Below, in pieces: positions 37,141 to 47,633 of a stretch of DNA of 64,000 nucleotides. Each line of letters opens with the position of its first letter. The stretch's first letter is position 1. Origin of the DNA: Candidatus Kapaibacterium sp. (GTDB lineage: Bacteria; Bacteroidota; Ignavibacteria; Kapaibacteriales; UBA4661); the NCBI GenBank assembly GCA_025455065.1, contig JALONG010000011.1, positions 27,738 to 91,737 on the forward strand, read 5' to 3'. Position numbers and translations under genes: made by a program. Under the pieces are notes generated by a model. That model saw only the letters and a list, made by a program, of their open reading frames with translations. It was not told the origin of the DNA and made no database searches.

Positions 37141-37824
37141 ATGACAACCATCGAACAAATCGAACAACTCTTGGCGCAAATAACCATGCGCCTCGACCAA
37201 AGCATTCTCAGCACGGAGGCATATAAAGCCCAGATTGCCGCTTCGCAGGAAGCCGCAGAGCAACGCGCTGAAAAAGCAGACCGCCAAATGGCGGAAATAC
37301 GCGCAGCTGCCGAGAAACGGGCAGAAGAAGCCGATAAGCGATCAAAAGACCTCGACCGCCGCATCCAAGAAGTCAGCAAACAACTTGGCGGTTTAGGGAA
37401 TAAATTCGGCTCATTTACCGAAGGCTTGTTGCTCCCGTCGGTGGAGAAAATCTTGCGCAAAAAGTTTGGTGTGACCGATTTTTATATGCGGCTCAAAACC
37501 AAGCATGGCGAGGATTTGCAAGAATTGGACGGCTTCGGTTTTGTCAATGGTGCGAAAAATGTCGGGTTTATTGTCGAGGTAAAAAGTCATTTGGATAATC
37601 GCAGCATAGAGCAGACACTCAAGCAACTACGGGATTTCGGCAGATTTCACCCACATTTTAAGGGAATGAAACTGCACGGTATCATTGCTGCGGTGGACAC
37701 GGTTTCGGAATCGCAGCGCAAAGCGGTGTTTAATGCGGGGCTGTATTTGGTGACGGTGAATGATGATGTTGCTTCCATGCCTACGCCTCCGAAAGGTTTT
37801 ATGCCCTTTACCGAGATTGCCTGA
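37141..37824 (+). CDS. Coiled-coil protein with a C-terminal PD-(D/E)xK-like domain (DUF3782-like).
   Basis: N-terminal Ala/Glu/Arg-rich coiled coil. C-terminal ELDGFGFVNGAKNVGFIVEVKSHL contains E..D...E-V-K nuclease-core-like spacing. Confidence 0.35.
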   Translation: MTTIEQIEQLLAQITMRLDQSILSTEAYKAQIAASQEAAEQRAEKADRQMAEIRAAAEKRAEEADKRSKDLDRRIQEVSKQLGGLGNKFGSFTEGLLLPSVEKILRKKFGVTDFYMRLKTKHGEDLQELDGFGFVNGAKNVGFIVEVKSHLDNRSIEQTLKQLRDFGRFHPHFKGMKLHGIIAAVDTVSESQRKAVFNAGLYLVTVNDDVASMPTPPKGFMPFTEIA

Positions 37825-37844
37825 AAAACATATTGTTCAAAACA

Positions 37845-37878
37845 AAACCCGCTTAGAATCAAGATTCTAAGCGGGTTT
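37845..37878. terminator. Perfect 16-bp hairpin (AAACCCGCTTAGAATC / GATTCTAAGCGGGTTT) between convergent genes. It is a bidirectional terminator.
   Basis: An exact inverted repeat is seen, preceded by AAAA on the + strand and followed by a T-containing tract. Confidence 0.6.
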
Positions 37879-37966
37879 CCTGTTCTTTCTTTGCGCTAAT
37901 GTACGCCGAATATTTTTTGCTTCATTCCATTGCGACAAGAACATTATTGCTTTGAAAGCCGCATGA

Positions 37967-37992
37967 AAGCTCGCACAGACAAGAATGTCCGT
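37967..37992. repeat. Third, diverged copy of the CACAGACAAGAATGTC(T/C)GTG palindromic arm seen at 12330-12473.
   Basis: CGCACAGACAAGAATGTCCGTGCCAC matches the 27-bp arm with about 3 mismatches. Confidence 0.6.
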
Positions 37993-38039
37993 GCCACTGA
38001 AGCCTGTTTTTATACACAACGATTAACGCACTATCCGTA

Positions 38040-41000
38040 TTATTCCTGACGGGGAAGAGCCATAAATTCATCACGCGAAATCATCGGCACAACGGGAATA
38101 CTCTTGGTTTTGAGGGTTTCGTTGAGTGATGCCATATCTTTTCCGGTGAGTTTTTCCCATGTTGCAATCGCTTGTTTTAGGTCTGCATCAAGCATAGCAA
38201 GGTGTTCCAAATGGACTTTGCTCGGTGCGCCACCGTGGAAACTGACTGCACCGTAGATTTCAAGCAGCTTTTCGCGGAGTTTGTTTTCTTTCACACCCAC
38301 GTAAAAGCCCTCACCGGCAACAAGCGTTTTGTAAAAATCGGCAAATTGCTTGTAGTTGGCTTCGTAGCTTGATTTTACCGCAGCATCCGAAGCTGCATCC
38401 ATACGCGCTTTAAGCGTGTCACGGGTGCGGACGGTTGTTTCGATGATGTATGCAAGGCGTTCTTGCATTTCGTAGAGTTGCTTTGCCACTTTGTACTGCG
38501 CAAGGCGCTCTGTCGGAGCGTAGGGGGAACGCGGGTCGCTGACGAGCGTCAAAGCTCCGGTGAAGGATTTATCGCCTTTGGTGATACGCACCGTGTATTT
38601 GCCTTCGGGAGCGTTCAAGCCTTGCCCCAAGCCGCTCAGACCATTTTCCGTTTCAAAACTTTCTGCTTTTGCGGCTTTTGGCGGACGAGTGGACATACCC
38701 CATTGCACGCGGTTGAAGCCTTTGCGCTTGCCGCCTTGCAGTGAAGTCAGCACCTCGTTTTTATCATTCAAAATATCAATCGTCAAACTGCCCGAACTCA
38801 TGCGGTCTTTGAGGAAGTAGGTGATAACGGCATTTCCCGGTACATTGTCACCGATAAATTCATCACTGCCCGGGAAATCTTGAAAACCGATACCATATGT
38901 TTGCACCGTTGGGCGAGCGGGTAAAATGGCGAGTTCGCTGTTCAGCGTTTCGGCGGTGATAGCACGAAGTGTCGTCAAATCGTCAAAAATGATGATACCG
39001 CGTCCGTGAGTTGCCAAAATAAGGTCGTGTTCGCGGGGATGAATCGCAATATCACGCACACCGACATCAGGGATATTTGCTTTCATTTGCGCCCAGTTTT
39101 GACCGCCGTCCAGCGTAACAAACAAGCCAAATTCCGTTCCGACAAAGAGCATATTTTTGTTCACCAAATCTTCGCGGATAACGTGCGCGTAGCCTTTGAA
39201 CTCGCTTGACGTGAAGGCTGTCCACGTTTTGCCGAAATCGGTTGTTTTGTACACGTAGGTTTTCCAATCGCCTATGGTGTGGCAATCAAAGGTAACGTAG
39301 GCAGTGCCTTTGTCGTAGCGGCTTGGTTCAACGGTTGAAACCCACGCATTTTTCGGGATGCCGGAAACATTTGCCACAACGTTTGTCCACGTTTTACCGC
39401 CATTTTGCGTTACTTGCACATTACCGTCATCCGTGCCTGCCCAGATAACCTTTTCGTCAAGCGGTGATTCAGCAACGGCGTAAATTGTACAGTGGTTTTC
39501 AGCCGAAGATTTGTCCATCGTTACACCGCCGGACTCTTCCTGCTTCTGTTTTGCGGGGTCATTCGTGGTGAGGTCGGGCGAGATTTTTTCCCATGATTCG
39601 CCTCTGTCCGATGAACGGAACAAAAATTGCGAAGCGGCATAGAGCGTTTTCGGGTTTTTCGGACTTTGTGCGATTGGCGTGTTCCAATTCCAACGATATT
39701 TCGGCTCTCCGGCTTTTTCGAGCGGTTTAATAATTTTGATTTCGCCGGTCGGTAAATGGTGGCGAACCATGTTTCCGCCTTGCATCTCGAAATAGAGGAA
39801 GTTTTTATCCAATTTATCACGCAGAACATAGAAACCGTCACCAAAGCCGACACTGCGCCAAATATCATTGCCCATTGCGCCTGTTGTGCGCGAAGGAGCC
39901 ATCCATGAGCCGTTGTCCTGCAAACCGCCCATGACATTGTAGGGATTTTCCATATCGTAGCTGACGTGGTAAAACTGCGACACAGGCAAATTGCGCATAA
40001 ACTGCCATTTTCTACCCCTGTCAAGCGAGCGATACACGCCGCCGTCCGTGCCTAGCAGCAAGTGCATGGGGTTTTTCGGGTCAATCCACAGTGCGTGGTG
40101 GTCAGCGTGCGTGTCTCCACCGATAGTTTCAAAGGTTTTGCCGCCGTCGGTGCTGACGTTCAGTTGATAGTTCGGACGATAGACGCGGTTTTCATCCGTC
40201 GGGTCCACTGCCAATACTGCGAAATAGAATGGGCGAAGCGTGATTGATACTTTGTCTGCTTGCATTTTCCATGTTTCGCCTTTGTCGTCGGAACGGTAAA
40301 TCGCGGATTTTTTCGATTCTACCATTGCATAAACAACATTGGGGTTCGAGGGCGCAAAGGCAATACACGTGCGCCCAATCACGCCGCCCGGCAAGCCTTG
40401 TGCTTCACCAAGTTTTTTCCACGTTTTGCCGCCGTCGGTAGATTTGTAAAAACCACTTCCTTCGCCACCCGAAGCAAATTCCCACCCTTTGCGACGGAAT
40501 TGCCACATCGAAGCAAAAAGGACATTCGGATTAGACGGGTCCATAACCACGTCCGCGCAACCCGTTTTTGCGTCCACATACAAGATTTTCTCCCATGTTT
40601 TACCGCCGTCGGTGGTTTTGTAAAGACCTCTGTCTTCGCTGTCCGACCAGAGAGCGCCTAATCCGGCAACATAGATGATATTGGCGTTTGTGCTGTGAAT
40701 CACCACTTTCGCAATACGCTCAACTTTTTCCAAACCCATGCGCGTCCAATTATCGCCGCCGTCGGTGGTTTTGTAAATGCCGTCACCGACAGAAACACTA
40801 TTACGGACGTTGGTTTCGCCTGCTCCAACCCAGACAACTTCGCCTTTGGAAGAGTGGTCAATCGCCACAGCGCCGATAGATTGGGTATGTTTGTCGAATA
40901 CGGGCTTAAATGTTGTGCCATTGTCGAGTGATTTCCACACACCGCCCGTAGCCGTGCCAACCCAGATAATACGCTGGTCGGGAGACTTCGGGTTTTTATC

Positions 41001-41249
41001 GTCAAGTTTTTTATCAATCACGTCAATCGCTGTGATGCGCCCACTCATGGCAGCAGGACCGATTTGACGGGCTTTGAGGTCGCCAAACATGGCACTGGTG
41101 ATTTTAATTGGTGCAGGGGCGTTTGGTGCTGCTTGCTGCGCAAATACGGCAGTTCCGAAAACAAGACAGCAACACATCGCCCAAAGGCTGGAACGGAAAA
41201 GGTTCATAAATGAAAACAATACGGTGAACAAAAAGGGATTATGAGGCAT
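38040..41249 (-). CDS. Exported BNR/Asp-box repeat protein (sortilin/VPS10-like glycosidase-like beta-propeller).
   Basis: Signal peptide. More than 10 S-x-D-x-G-x-T-W Asp-box motifs (TTDGGDNW, TDGGKTW, STDGGKTW, SDDKGETW, SLDRGRKW, SDRGESW, ...). Size is 1069 aa. Confidence 0.75.
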   Translation of the reverse strand: MPHNPFLFTVLFSFMNLFRSSLWAMCCCLVFGTAVFAQQAAPNAPAPIKITSAMFGDLKARQIGPAAMSGRITAIDVIDKKLDDKNPKSPDQRIIWVGTATGGVWKSLDNGTTFKPVFDKHTQSIGAVAIDHSSKGEVVWVGAGETNVRNSVSVGDGIYKTTDGGDNWTRMGLEKVERIAKVVIHSTNANIIYVAGLGALWSDSEDRGLYKTTDGGKTWEKILYVDAKTGCADVVMDPSNPNVLFASMWQFRRKGWEFASGGEGSGFYKSTDGGKTWKKLGEAQGLPGGVIGRTCIAFAPSNPNVVYAMVESKKSAIYRSDDKGETWKMQADKVSITLRPFYFAVLAVDPTDENRVYRPNYQLNVSTDGGKTFETIGGDTHADHHALWIDPKNPMHLLLGTDGGVYRSLDRGRKWQFMRNLPVSQFYHVSYDMENPYNVMGGLQDNGSWMAPSRTTGAMGNDIWRSVGFGDGFYVLRDKLDKNFLYFEMQGGNMVRHHLPTGEIKIIKPLEKAGEPKYRWNWNTPIAQSPKNPKTLYAASQFLFRSSDRGESWEKISPDLTTNDPAKQKQEESGGVTMDKSSAENHCTIYAVAESPLDEKVIWAGTDDGNVQVTQNGGKTWTNVVANVSGIPKNAWVSTVEPSRYDKGTAYVTFDCHTIGDWKTYVYKTTDFGKTWTAFTSSEFKGYAHVIREDLVNKNMLFVGTEFGLFVTLDGGQNWAQMKANIPDVGVRDIAIHPREHDLILATHGRGIIIFDDLTTLRAITAETLNSELAILPARPTVQTYGIGFQDFPGSDEFIGDNVPGNAVITYFLKDRMSSGSLTIDILNDKNEVLTSLQGGKRKGFNRVQWGMSTRPPKAAKAESFETENGLSGLGQGLNAPEGKYTVRITKGDKSFTGALTLVSDPRSPYAPTERLAQYKVAKQLYEMQERLAYIIETTVRTRDTLKARMDAASDAAVKSSYEANYKQFADFYKTLVAGEGFYVGVKENKLREKLLEIYGAVSFHGGAPSKVHLEHLAMLDADLKQAIATWEKLTGKDMASLNETLKTKSIPVVPMISRDEFMALPRQE

Positions 41250-41494
41250 TGCCTGAGTAAAACGGATAAATTACAAGAAGGTTGCGAGAGGTGGAAGAAA
41301 AATTGTAGATTGTTGGAAGTTTTTGTACGCATTTGCAGGACATAAATTTCGGCACTGGATTTGTATAAATCTCTGCAAACGCCTATTTACGGCACTTATA
41401 CGTCTCTGCATGAGACAACTACCGTAAATGTGGCTTAGGATGAGACAGCTTGCGCCGCCCTACCGTTTCTTAATGGTAGAACGGCTTACCACAA

Positions 41495-43201
41495 ATGCTT
41501 GCGCCGCGCAAAAGGCGTTCCATGTACCACCACCAATTCCTTAAAACTATGCAACGACGCGATTTTTTCTCCTTTTTGTTTAGCTCCGGTGCAGAACGTT
41601 CTTCACAAAGCGAATATCACCTTGCTGCCGAACAAGTATATCTTGCTCCGAATGATGAAAACAATAGTGATACTAAAAAAAGCACTGCACAACTGCAAAG
41701 TGGCTTAGAACCCTACACCTCGCCGCTTGACCGCCGTAGAGCGCTTCATTTGGTGCGTCGGCTTAGTTTTGCGCCAAATTATACGTTGATAAATCAACTT
41801 GTCGGAAAAACGGCGCAAGAAGCCGTCAATATCGTGCTTGGCACAAGCGCAAGCGTTACACTGCCCACAAACCCGCCCGGAACGTGGATTAACGACATCA
41901 CTGAAAACCCCGACCGCGCCGACAACGACACGCGAAGCCAGATACAAGGGCGCTGGGGTGGGCAGTTCGGCAGTTTGCAATCGTGGTGGACAAATTTGAT
42001 GCTGACTGAAGGTTTTCCGGCGCGGGAAAAACTTGTGCTGTTTTGGAGCGGTCATTTTACCAGCGAATTTGCCTTCGATGATATGTACAACCCGCCTCAA
42101 CTCTTGTTCCGTCAAAATCAAACCTTGCGCAAAGACTGTCTGGGCGATTTTCGCCAACTGACCGAAGACATTACGCTGGACGGCGCAATGCTCAATTACT
42201 TAGGCGGGACGCTGAATACGAAGGGGTCGCCGAATGAAAATTATGCCCGTGAACTGTTGGAACTCTTCACAACAGGCTTGGGCGCTTACACCGAAGGTGA
42301 TGTTAAAGAAGCGGCACGAGCGCTCACGGGCTGGCGTGCATCGCGGTTTAACGATGAGCCGCGCCCAAACGGCAATTTCAACACGTACTTTGTTCCGTCG
42401 GCGCACGACACAGGCGCGAAGCAGTTTTTGGGCGTTACGATTCCGGCACGGGACGCGGACTCGAATACGGAACTGCTGGTGCGCTCAGGCGAAGTGCGGC
42501 GTTTGGTGAATATCATTTTTGAGCGACGTCCGAATGAAGCAGCGCGATTTATCTGCACAAAACTGTATCGCTTTTTTGTCTATGCCAATCCAAGCACAAA
42601 CGCTGCAAGCGCCAATGTAACAAGCGTTATTCAGCAAATGGCGGATGTGTTTCGTCGGTCGAATTACCAGATTTTACCCGTCTTACAGGCACTGTTTAGT
42701 AGCGCACATTTTTACGACGAAGCAAATATCGGTGTTCAGATAAAAACTCCGGCAGAATTTGTGCTTGGGCTGGCACGGCAACTCGGCGTAAGCGCCGGAA
42801 ATGCCGTTGGAACGATGAACTCCTTAGAACAGGTGCTGATAGACCCCCCGACGGTTGCGGGTTGGGATGGCTACCGCACGTGGTTAAGCACAAAGACCTA
42901 TCCGCTTCGCGTACAGTACGCACAAAACCTCATTCGCGGCATAAGCAACGATGCGCTTTCCACCTGGGCGAGGCAATTTCCGCAAGCGGAGAATGTTCAA
43001 TCGTTGGTGAGCGGCATTGCAGAGTTCTTATTTCCTAAAACCCTTTCAGCAAGCCGTTTGCAAGGGTATGTGAATGCGCTTTTGGCAGGCGCACCCGATT
43101 ACGAGTGGGCGGGAATTTTGCGAGACAACAATGCAGCCGGAATACGGCTTAAAACCTTGCTTTCGCAAATGGTCAAAGCGCCGGATATACAACTGACATG
43201 A
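41495..43201 (+). CDS. DUF1800-family protein.
   Basis: LFWSGHFTSEF matches the DUF1800 W-x-x-HF core. Size is about 550 aa. There is a possible twin-arginine-like MQRRDFFSF at the alternative start 41549. Confidence 0.5.
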   Translation: MLAPRKRRSMYHHQFLKTMQRRDFFSFLFSSGAERSSQSEYHLAAEQVYLAPNDENNSDTKKSTAQLQSGLEPYTSPLDRRRALHLVRRLSFAPNYTLINQLVGKTAQEAVNIVLGTSASVTLPTNPPGTWINDITENPDRADNDTRSQIQGRWGGQFGSLQSWWTNLMLTEGFPAREKLVLFWSGHFTSEFAFDDMYNPPQLLFRQNQTLRKDCLGDFRQLTEDITLDGAMLNYLGGTLNTKGSPNENYARELLELFTTGLGAYTEGDVKEAARALTGWRASRFNDEPRPNGNFNTYFVPSAHDTGAKQFLGVTIPARDADSNTELLVRSGEVRRLVNIIFERRPNEAARFICTKLYRFFVYANPSTNAASANVTSVIQQMADVFRRSNYQILPVLQALFSSAHFYDEANIGVQIKTPAEFVLGLARQLGVSAGNAVGTMNSLEQVLIDPPTVAGWDGYRTWLSTKTYPLRVQYAQNLIRGISNDALSTWARQFPQAENVQSLVSGIAEFLFPKTLSASRLQGYVNALLAGAPDYEWAGILRDNNAAGIRLKTLLSQMVKAPDIQLT

Positions 43202-43251
43202 AGTAGAAAACACCATTACAGCACCAAATCAGGTAGCACAAAACGACAAAA

Positions 43252-43277
43252 GCCACGAACAATCGTGGCTTTTTTTG
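43252..43277 (+). terminator. Intrinsic terminator (GCCACGA-ACAA-TCGTGGC + T7).
   Basis: 7-bp stem, 4-nt loop, followed by TTTTTTT. Confidence 0.6.
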
Positions 43278-43281
43278 TCAG

Positions 43282-43355
43282 TCGGGGTGAGAGGACTCGA
43301 ACCTCCGGCCTCTACGTCCCGAACGTAGCGCTCTACCGGGCTGAGCTACACCCCG
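43282..43355 (-). tRNA. tRNA-Pro, anticodon CGG.
   Basis: The reverse complement CGGGGTGTAGCTCAGCCCGGTAGAGCGCTACGTTCGGGACGTAGAGGCCGGAGGTTCGAGTCCTCTCACCCCGA folds as a cloverleaf. It has a 7-bp acceptor stem, a D-arm GCTC/GAGC, an anticodon stem CTACG/CGTAG with loop TTCGGGA, and a T-arm GGAGG-TTCGAGT-CCTCT. CCA is not encoded. Confidence 0.85.
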
Positions 43356-43498
43356 TTAGCACAAAAAAAATTGTGCTAAACAGATTTCAAAGATACAGGG
43401 ATTTTTTGTATTTTCAAAATTATTTTTTGCCTGTGTGCAGTTCGTCAGCCTTGAACGCTTGTCACTGCTGCATTTCTCACGTTTCATGTTGAGGTTTT

Positions 43499-44389
43499 GT
43501 GAAAACTCTTCACTATCGTTTCGTTGTTGCTCTGCTGCGTGGCATTGGTGTCATCGCATACCGTCTGACACGGGAGAAACGTACGCAATACGGCTGCAAA
43601 GCAGGAGAAATACTCCATCGAATATATCCCAAACGCCGTCAAATAACGTTGGATAATTTGCGTCGCGCCTTCCCTGAACGCGAAGAAGAATGGATTCAAG
43701 CCACTGCACACGCTTCGTATCAGAATCTTGGTATTACGCTGTTGGAACTCCTCATATTGCCCCACATTACGCCAAGTGAAGCCCGTGCGATGATTAGCTT
43801 TCGCGGCACGGAAGAAATCGAAGCAGAGATCGCCGCAGGGCGCGGTGTGGTCTTGATTTCAGGGCATTTATCGAATTGGGAATTACTTGCCTTTGCTTTT
43901 CCGCTTTACACTAATATTCCGACATCGCTCATCGTTGCTCCGCCCTCAAACAAGTATGTGGAAGAGTATTTGAAATGGTATCGTTCTCGCACGGGAAACC
44001 GTATTTTGCCCATGCACAATGTCGCTCGCACGATTGTTGAGCGCCTTGCAAACTGCGAAGCAATCGCTATGCTCGCTGACCAAGCCGCATCCGAACACGA
44101 CGCTTTAATACCGTTTTTCGGTACACTCGCCCCCACATATGAAGCACCTGCGGCGCTCGCACTCAAGCGCAACGTTGCACTTTTTGGTCTTTATGCCGTA
44201 CGTGACGGCGAAGGACTGTACACCGCAGAAGCACAACGCATACCGCACGAGGACTTGCTTCCCGACAAAGAAGGTATCCTTGAACTCACACACCGCCACG
44301 TTGCGCTTTTGGAGGAAAAAATTCGTCAGTACCCCGATTTATGGGCGTGGCAGCAACGTCGCTGGAAAAGCAATAAGGACAAAGGATAG
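43499..44389 (+). CDS. Lipid A biosynthesis (Kdo2-lipid IVA) acyltransferase, LpxL/HtrB family.
   Basis: 296 aa with conserved LpxL-family regions (GRGVVLISGHLSNWE, HxxxxD-like). GTG start at 43499. Confidence 0.8.
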   Translation: MKTLHYRFVVALLRGIGVIAYRLTREKRTQYGCKAGEILHRIYPKRRQITLDNLRRAFPEREEEWIQATAHASYQNLGITLLELLILPHITPSEARAMISFRGTEEIEAEIAAGRGVVLISGHLSNWELLAFAFPLYTNIPTSLIVAPPSNKYVEEYLKWYRSRTGNRILPMHNVARTIVERLANCEAIAMLADQAASEHDALIPFFGTLAPTYEAPAALALKRNVALFGLYAVRDGEGLYTAEAQRIPHEDLLPDKEGILELTHRHVALLEEKIRQYPDLWAWQQRRWKSNKDKG

Positions 44390-44594
44390 TACCAATATTT
44401 GGTTTGAAGATTATTGGTTTGAAATTGGTATCGGTCTATCGAAAAAAGTCCGTGAATCCCACGAATCAGCACAAATCCTTGATTGATGTGATAATTTTCG
44501 AGAGCGATGACATTCCAGCTTATTGTTCGTGAAAAGTAGTGTAATTCGTGGTTATCATTGTTCAGATACGTGATAGGAAACATTCGTACGTTCC

Positions 44595-47459
44595 TCATTT
44601 CCCCGCTTCCGGCAACAGTACAAACCGCGCACTGTTCGGCGTGAGGAACACCTTCCGAAATGCCTTCCGCACATCTTCCAGCGTCATCCGCTCAACAAGG
44701 TCGCTGTATTCCAACATCCGTTCCGGTGATTCGCCTTGCTGTGTCCAAAATATCAAGCGTCCAAGCCACGCGCTGTTGTCTTTCATGCTTGTTTCCCGTG
44801 CTTTGAGGAGTTTTGTTTTTGCTTCCTGCACATCTTCTTGCGTAATGCCGTCCTCTGCAAGCCGCTTCCAAAGAGCATTCATGCGGTTTTTGAGTTCTTC
44901 GGTGCGCTCCGGTTCGGAGGGGAAAGCGGCTGTTGCCAAAAGGCTGGGAAAAGGATTTGCGGAGTAGTTGATGCTAACGGCGCTTGTGTAAACGCCGCCT
45001 GCATCATGGCGTAAGGCTTCACGCAGTTTTGTATCGGCAACGATTTGTACCACTTCAAAGGTTATATCCTGCCTGTATGACCATGCACCAACCGTATCGT
45101 GATAATAAACATTCGTCGAAGCCTGATTATCACTGCCTCGGCGGACACGAACATCAAACACTCCCTGAAGCGGTTTAGCGCTTACATCGCGCATCCGATG
45201 GGGAATACTTTTCGACGGCAAACCGCCGAAATACTGCAATATCAACGGCTTGATGCGCTTTACATCAAACGCACCAACTAGCACAAGCGCACCACCACGC
45301 ACATTCCCGAAAAACCGTTTGTAAAGCGGGAAGCCGACTGCCGCATGATTCCACTCCTCCAACTCACGCTGCGTTATCGCCCGTGCAGTGTAGTGATTGC
45401 CGTACAGAACGCTTGCAATCGTGTCTTGGAACTTCACCAAGGGATAATTTTTCCGCAACGAAAATGCCTGTTTTTCACGGTCTTTTGTCATTGCTACATT
45501 CGCAGAATCAAGACGTGGAGAGGTGTGCAGGGCATACACAATCTGCAACATCGTTTCAAGATCATCGTCGGCAGCATTACCGCTCACACCGTGATACAAA
45601 CCGTCAAGATACGGCGCAGCGCTTACCTGCTTTCCGGCAAGAAACCTCGTGTATTCTTGCGGCGTGAACGCACCTATTCCTGCGGTTGCGGGATTTTGCA
45701 AGGGCATAATACGACTTGCAGCCTGATATTCGCTTTCGGAAACAACGGAAAGACCACCCGGAATAAATGATTGCAGCAAGACCTGATTCCGGCTGAACGT
45801 TGTGGGCTTCATCAAAACGCGCAACCCGTTGGAAAGTTGCCATTCGGTAACACCGATGCGCGGATACTGCCGCTCACGCAGAATTTTCGCACTTTGGGGG
45901 AGTTTTTGCAAGAGCGGTTTGCTCAAGGTATCTTCGGTGAAAGGAGGTAAATGTTCGCGCTCGGCACGTTTCAAAAGCTGCAAGACCGCTTCAGTGTTGA
46001 TTCCGGCGCTGTCTTGGGGCGGTGAGGCTATAAACGTCATTTGTGCAGACGTTCCAAAGGGAAAGAGTGTTTGCGCCATTTGGTGGAGTTCTTGGGGCTG
46101 AATCGCCGCAATAATGCTTGTGTCAAGCGGGTATGTGTCTTCGGGCAGGAGCAGTAGTGAACCAACCCGAAGTTGATTCAAACACACATCAACAACAGCG
46201 CGTGAAATCAGGCTTAAACGGTCATTGTAGCTCACATCCACGCCCTTACGCAGGGTTTGCTTCATACGCAGAATTTCCGACGGCAAAAAACCATCCCGCC
46301 GCACACGCCAAAGTTCCGCCAATGCCGCTTGGTAGCTTGTGAAAAGCGCATCACTCGGCTCAAGAGAAAGCGACGACAACGCCTCGGAACGATTCATCTG
46401 CTGCCACATCACCGATGCAGACCGAAAAGGCGCTTTGGTGCTGCTTGCGACGATAGTTTGCAAACGGCTGTTGATGAGTGCCAGCGTCATATTCCGCACA
46501 AGGTTTTCTCTGTACACGCTTGCGGTGGTAGTGGCTTGAAAAGCGCCTCGCCACGCCGTTTCACAAAGACCGTTCGGAAGTTCGCTATCAACAAAAATTG
46601 CCACCTGCGGCAGAGAATCCGTACCATTTGCCACAAGCCTCATTAACGCTCGCTCCTGCCGGATAGTGCGCGAAGAAGTGCGAAAAGGCATACTCCCCAA
46701 ACGCTGACGAATACTCGCTTCCAAGCTATCCGAGTTGATGTCGCCCACAATCACCAATGCCATATTCTCCGGCACATACCAATCTTGATAAAAACGCCGC
46801 ACAGCCTCGTGGCGAAAGGTATCAAGACTTGATTTAGTGCCGATAGTCTCGCGCTCTGCGTAGCGTGTACCGCGCAGCAAGGCAGCAAAATAGGCTCGCG
46901 TAAGACGACCTTGCACGCCCAAAGTACCGAGCCGCCATTCTTCGGTAACAATTTTTCGCTCATTTTCCATTGCCGCAGAATCAAGTATTAACGCCGATGA
47001 CCAGTCTGCAACAATATCCAACGCCGTTTCCAAGACCGAAAGACTGTCAGTCGGCACTTGCATCTGATAAACTGTCTCGTCAGTCGAGGTATAAGCGTTA
47101 GTGTGTGCGCCAAAGTCCATACCACGTGATTCCAAATACTTGATAATGGCTGTTCCCGAAAAACGCTTCGTACCGTTAAACGCTAAATGCTCCAAAACGT
47201 GCGCCAAACCTCGCTGGTCATCGTCTTCCATAAGCGAACCCGCGTTGACAAAAAGGCGTATTTCGGCGCGGCGCTCCGGTTTAGGATTGTTTGCGATAAA
47301 ACACCGCAGCCCGTTGGACAAGGTAAAACGGCGTATTTTCTTGGTTTCAGGGAGTTTTTCTTGTGTCGGAAAAACTTGCGCGGGCAGTGAAAAGGAAGCG
47401 CACTGCATGAGGAGAACAAGAACGGTCAGACGACGCAAGCCAGATTTTATGCGGCACAT
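44595..47459 (-). CDS. Tandem-unit M16-family zinc metallopeptidase (insulinase/pitrilysin-like).
   Basis: Inverted zinc motif HxxEH in GLAHVLEHLAFNGT, two M16 units, and a signal peptide from MCRIKSGLRRLTVLVLLMQCASFSLPAQ. The track start at 47486 is TTG; the ATG is at 47459. Confidence 0.85.
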   Translation of the reverse strand: MCRIKSGLRRLTVLVLLMQCASFSLPAQVFPTQEKLPETKKIRRFTLSNGLRCFIANNPKPERRAEIRLFVNAGSLMEDDDQRGLAHVLEHLAFNGTKRFSGTAIIKYLESRGMDFGAHTNAYTSTDETVYQMQVPTDSLSVLETALDIVADWSSALILDSAAMENERKIVTEEWRLGTLGVQGRLTRAYFAALLRGTRYAERETIGTKSSLDTFRHEAVRRFYQDWYVPENMALVIVGDINSDSLEASIRQRLGSMPFRTSSRTIRQERALMRLVANGTDSLPQVAIFVDSELPNGLCETAWRGAFQATTTASVYRENLVRNMTLALINSRLQTIVASSTKAPFRSASVMWQQMNRSEALSSLSLEPSDALFTSYQAALAELWRVRRDGFLPSEILRMKQTLRKGVDVSYNDRLSLISRAVVDVCLNQLRVGSLLLLPEDTYPLDTSIIAAIQPQELHQMAQTLFPFGTSAQMTFIASPPQDSAGINTEAVLQLLKRAEREHLPPFTEDTLSKPLLQKLPQSAKILRERQYPRIGVTEWQLSNGLRVLMKPTTFSRNQVLLQSFIPGGLSVVSESEYQAASRIMPLQNPATAGIGAFTPQEYTRFLAGKQVSAAPYLDGLYHGVSGNAADDDLETMLQIVYALHTSPRLDSANVAMTKDREKQAFSLRKNYPLVKFQDTIASVLYGNHYTARAITQRELEEWNHAAVGFPLYKRFFGNVRGGALVLVGAFDVKRIKPLILQYFGGLPSKSIPHRMRDVSAKPLQGVFDVRVRRGSDNQASTNVYYHDTVGAWSYRQDITFEVVQIVADTKLREALRHDAGGVYTSAVSINYSANPFPSLLATAAFPSEPERTEELKNRMNALWKRLAEDGITQEDVQEAKTKLLKARETSMKDNSAWLGRLIFWTQQGESPERMLEYSDLVERMTLEDVRKAFRKVFLTPNSARFVLLPEAGK

Positions 47460-47633
47460 TGGATATGAGAATGAAGGATTGAACAAATTGCGGTTGTTCG
47501 CAAATATACAAAAGTTCTTTCATTCGGAAGCTCCCAACTCTCCGCACGATTTCGTTTGCGTAACGTCCTTCCGGCGCGTATTTTTGCCACAGATTAGCAT
47601 TCACACGGAAGTCGTTTCTCACTTTTTTTCAGC

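Noticed and set aside
43356-43380. Hairpin TAGCACAA-AAAAAA-TTGTGCTA, immediately 5' of tRNA-Pro on its own strand.
   Set aside because: It could be a terminator for an upstream minus-strand transcript, or part of tRNA precursor processing. There is no T-tract in the tRNA orientation and no gene for it to terminate, so it is left unassigned.
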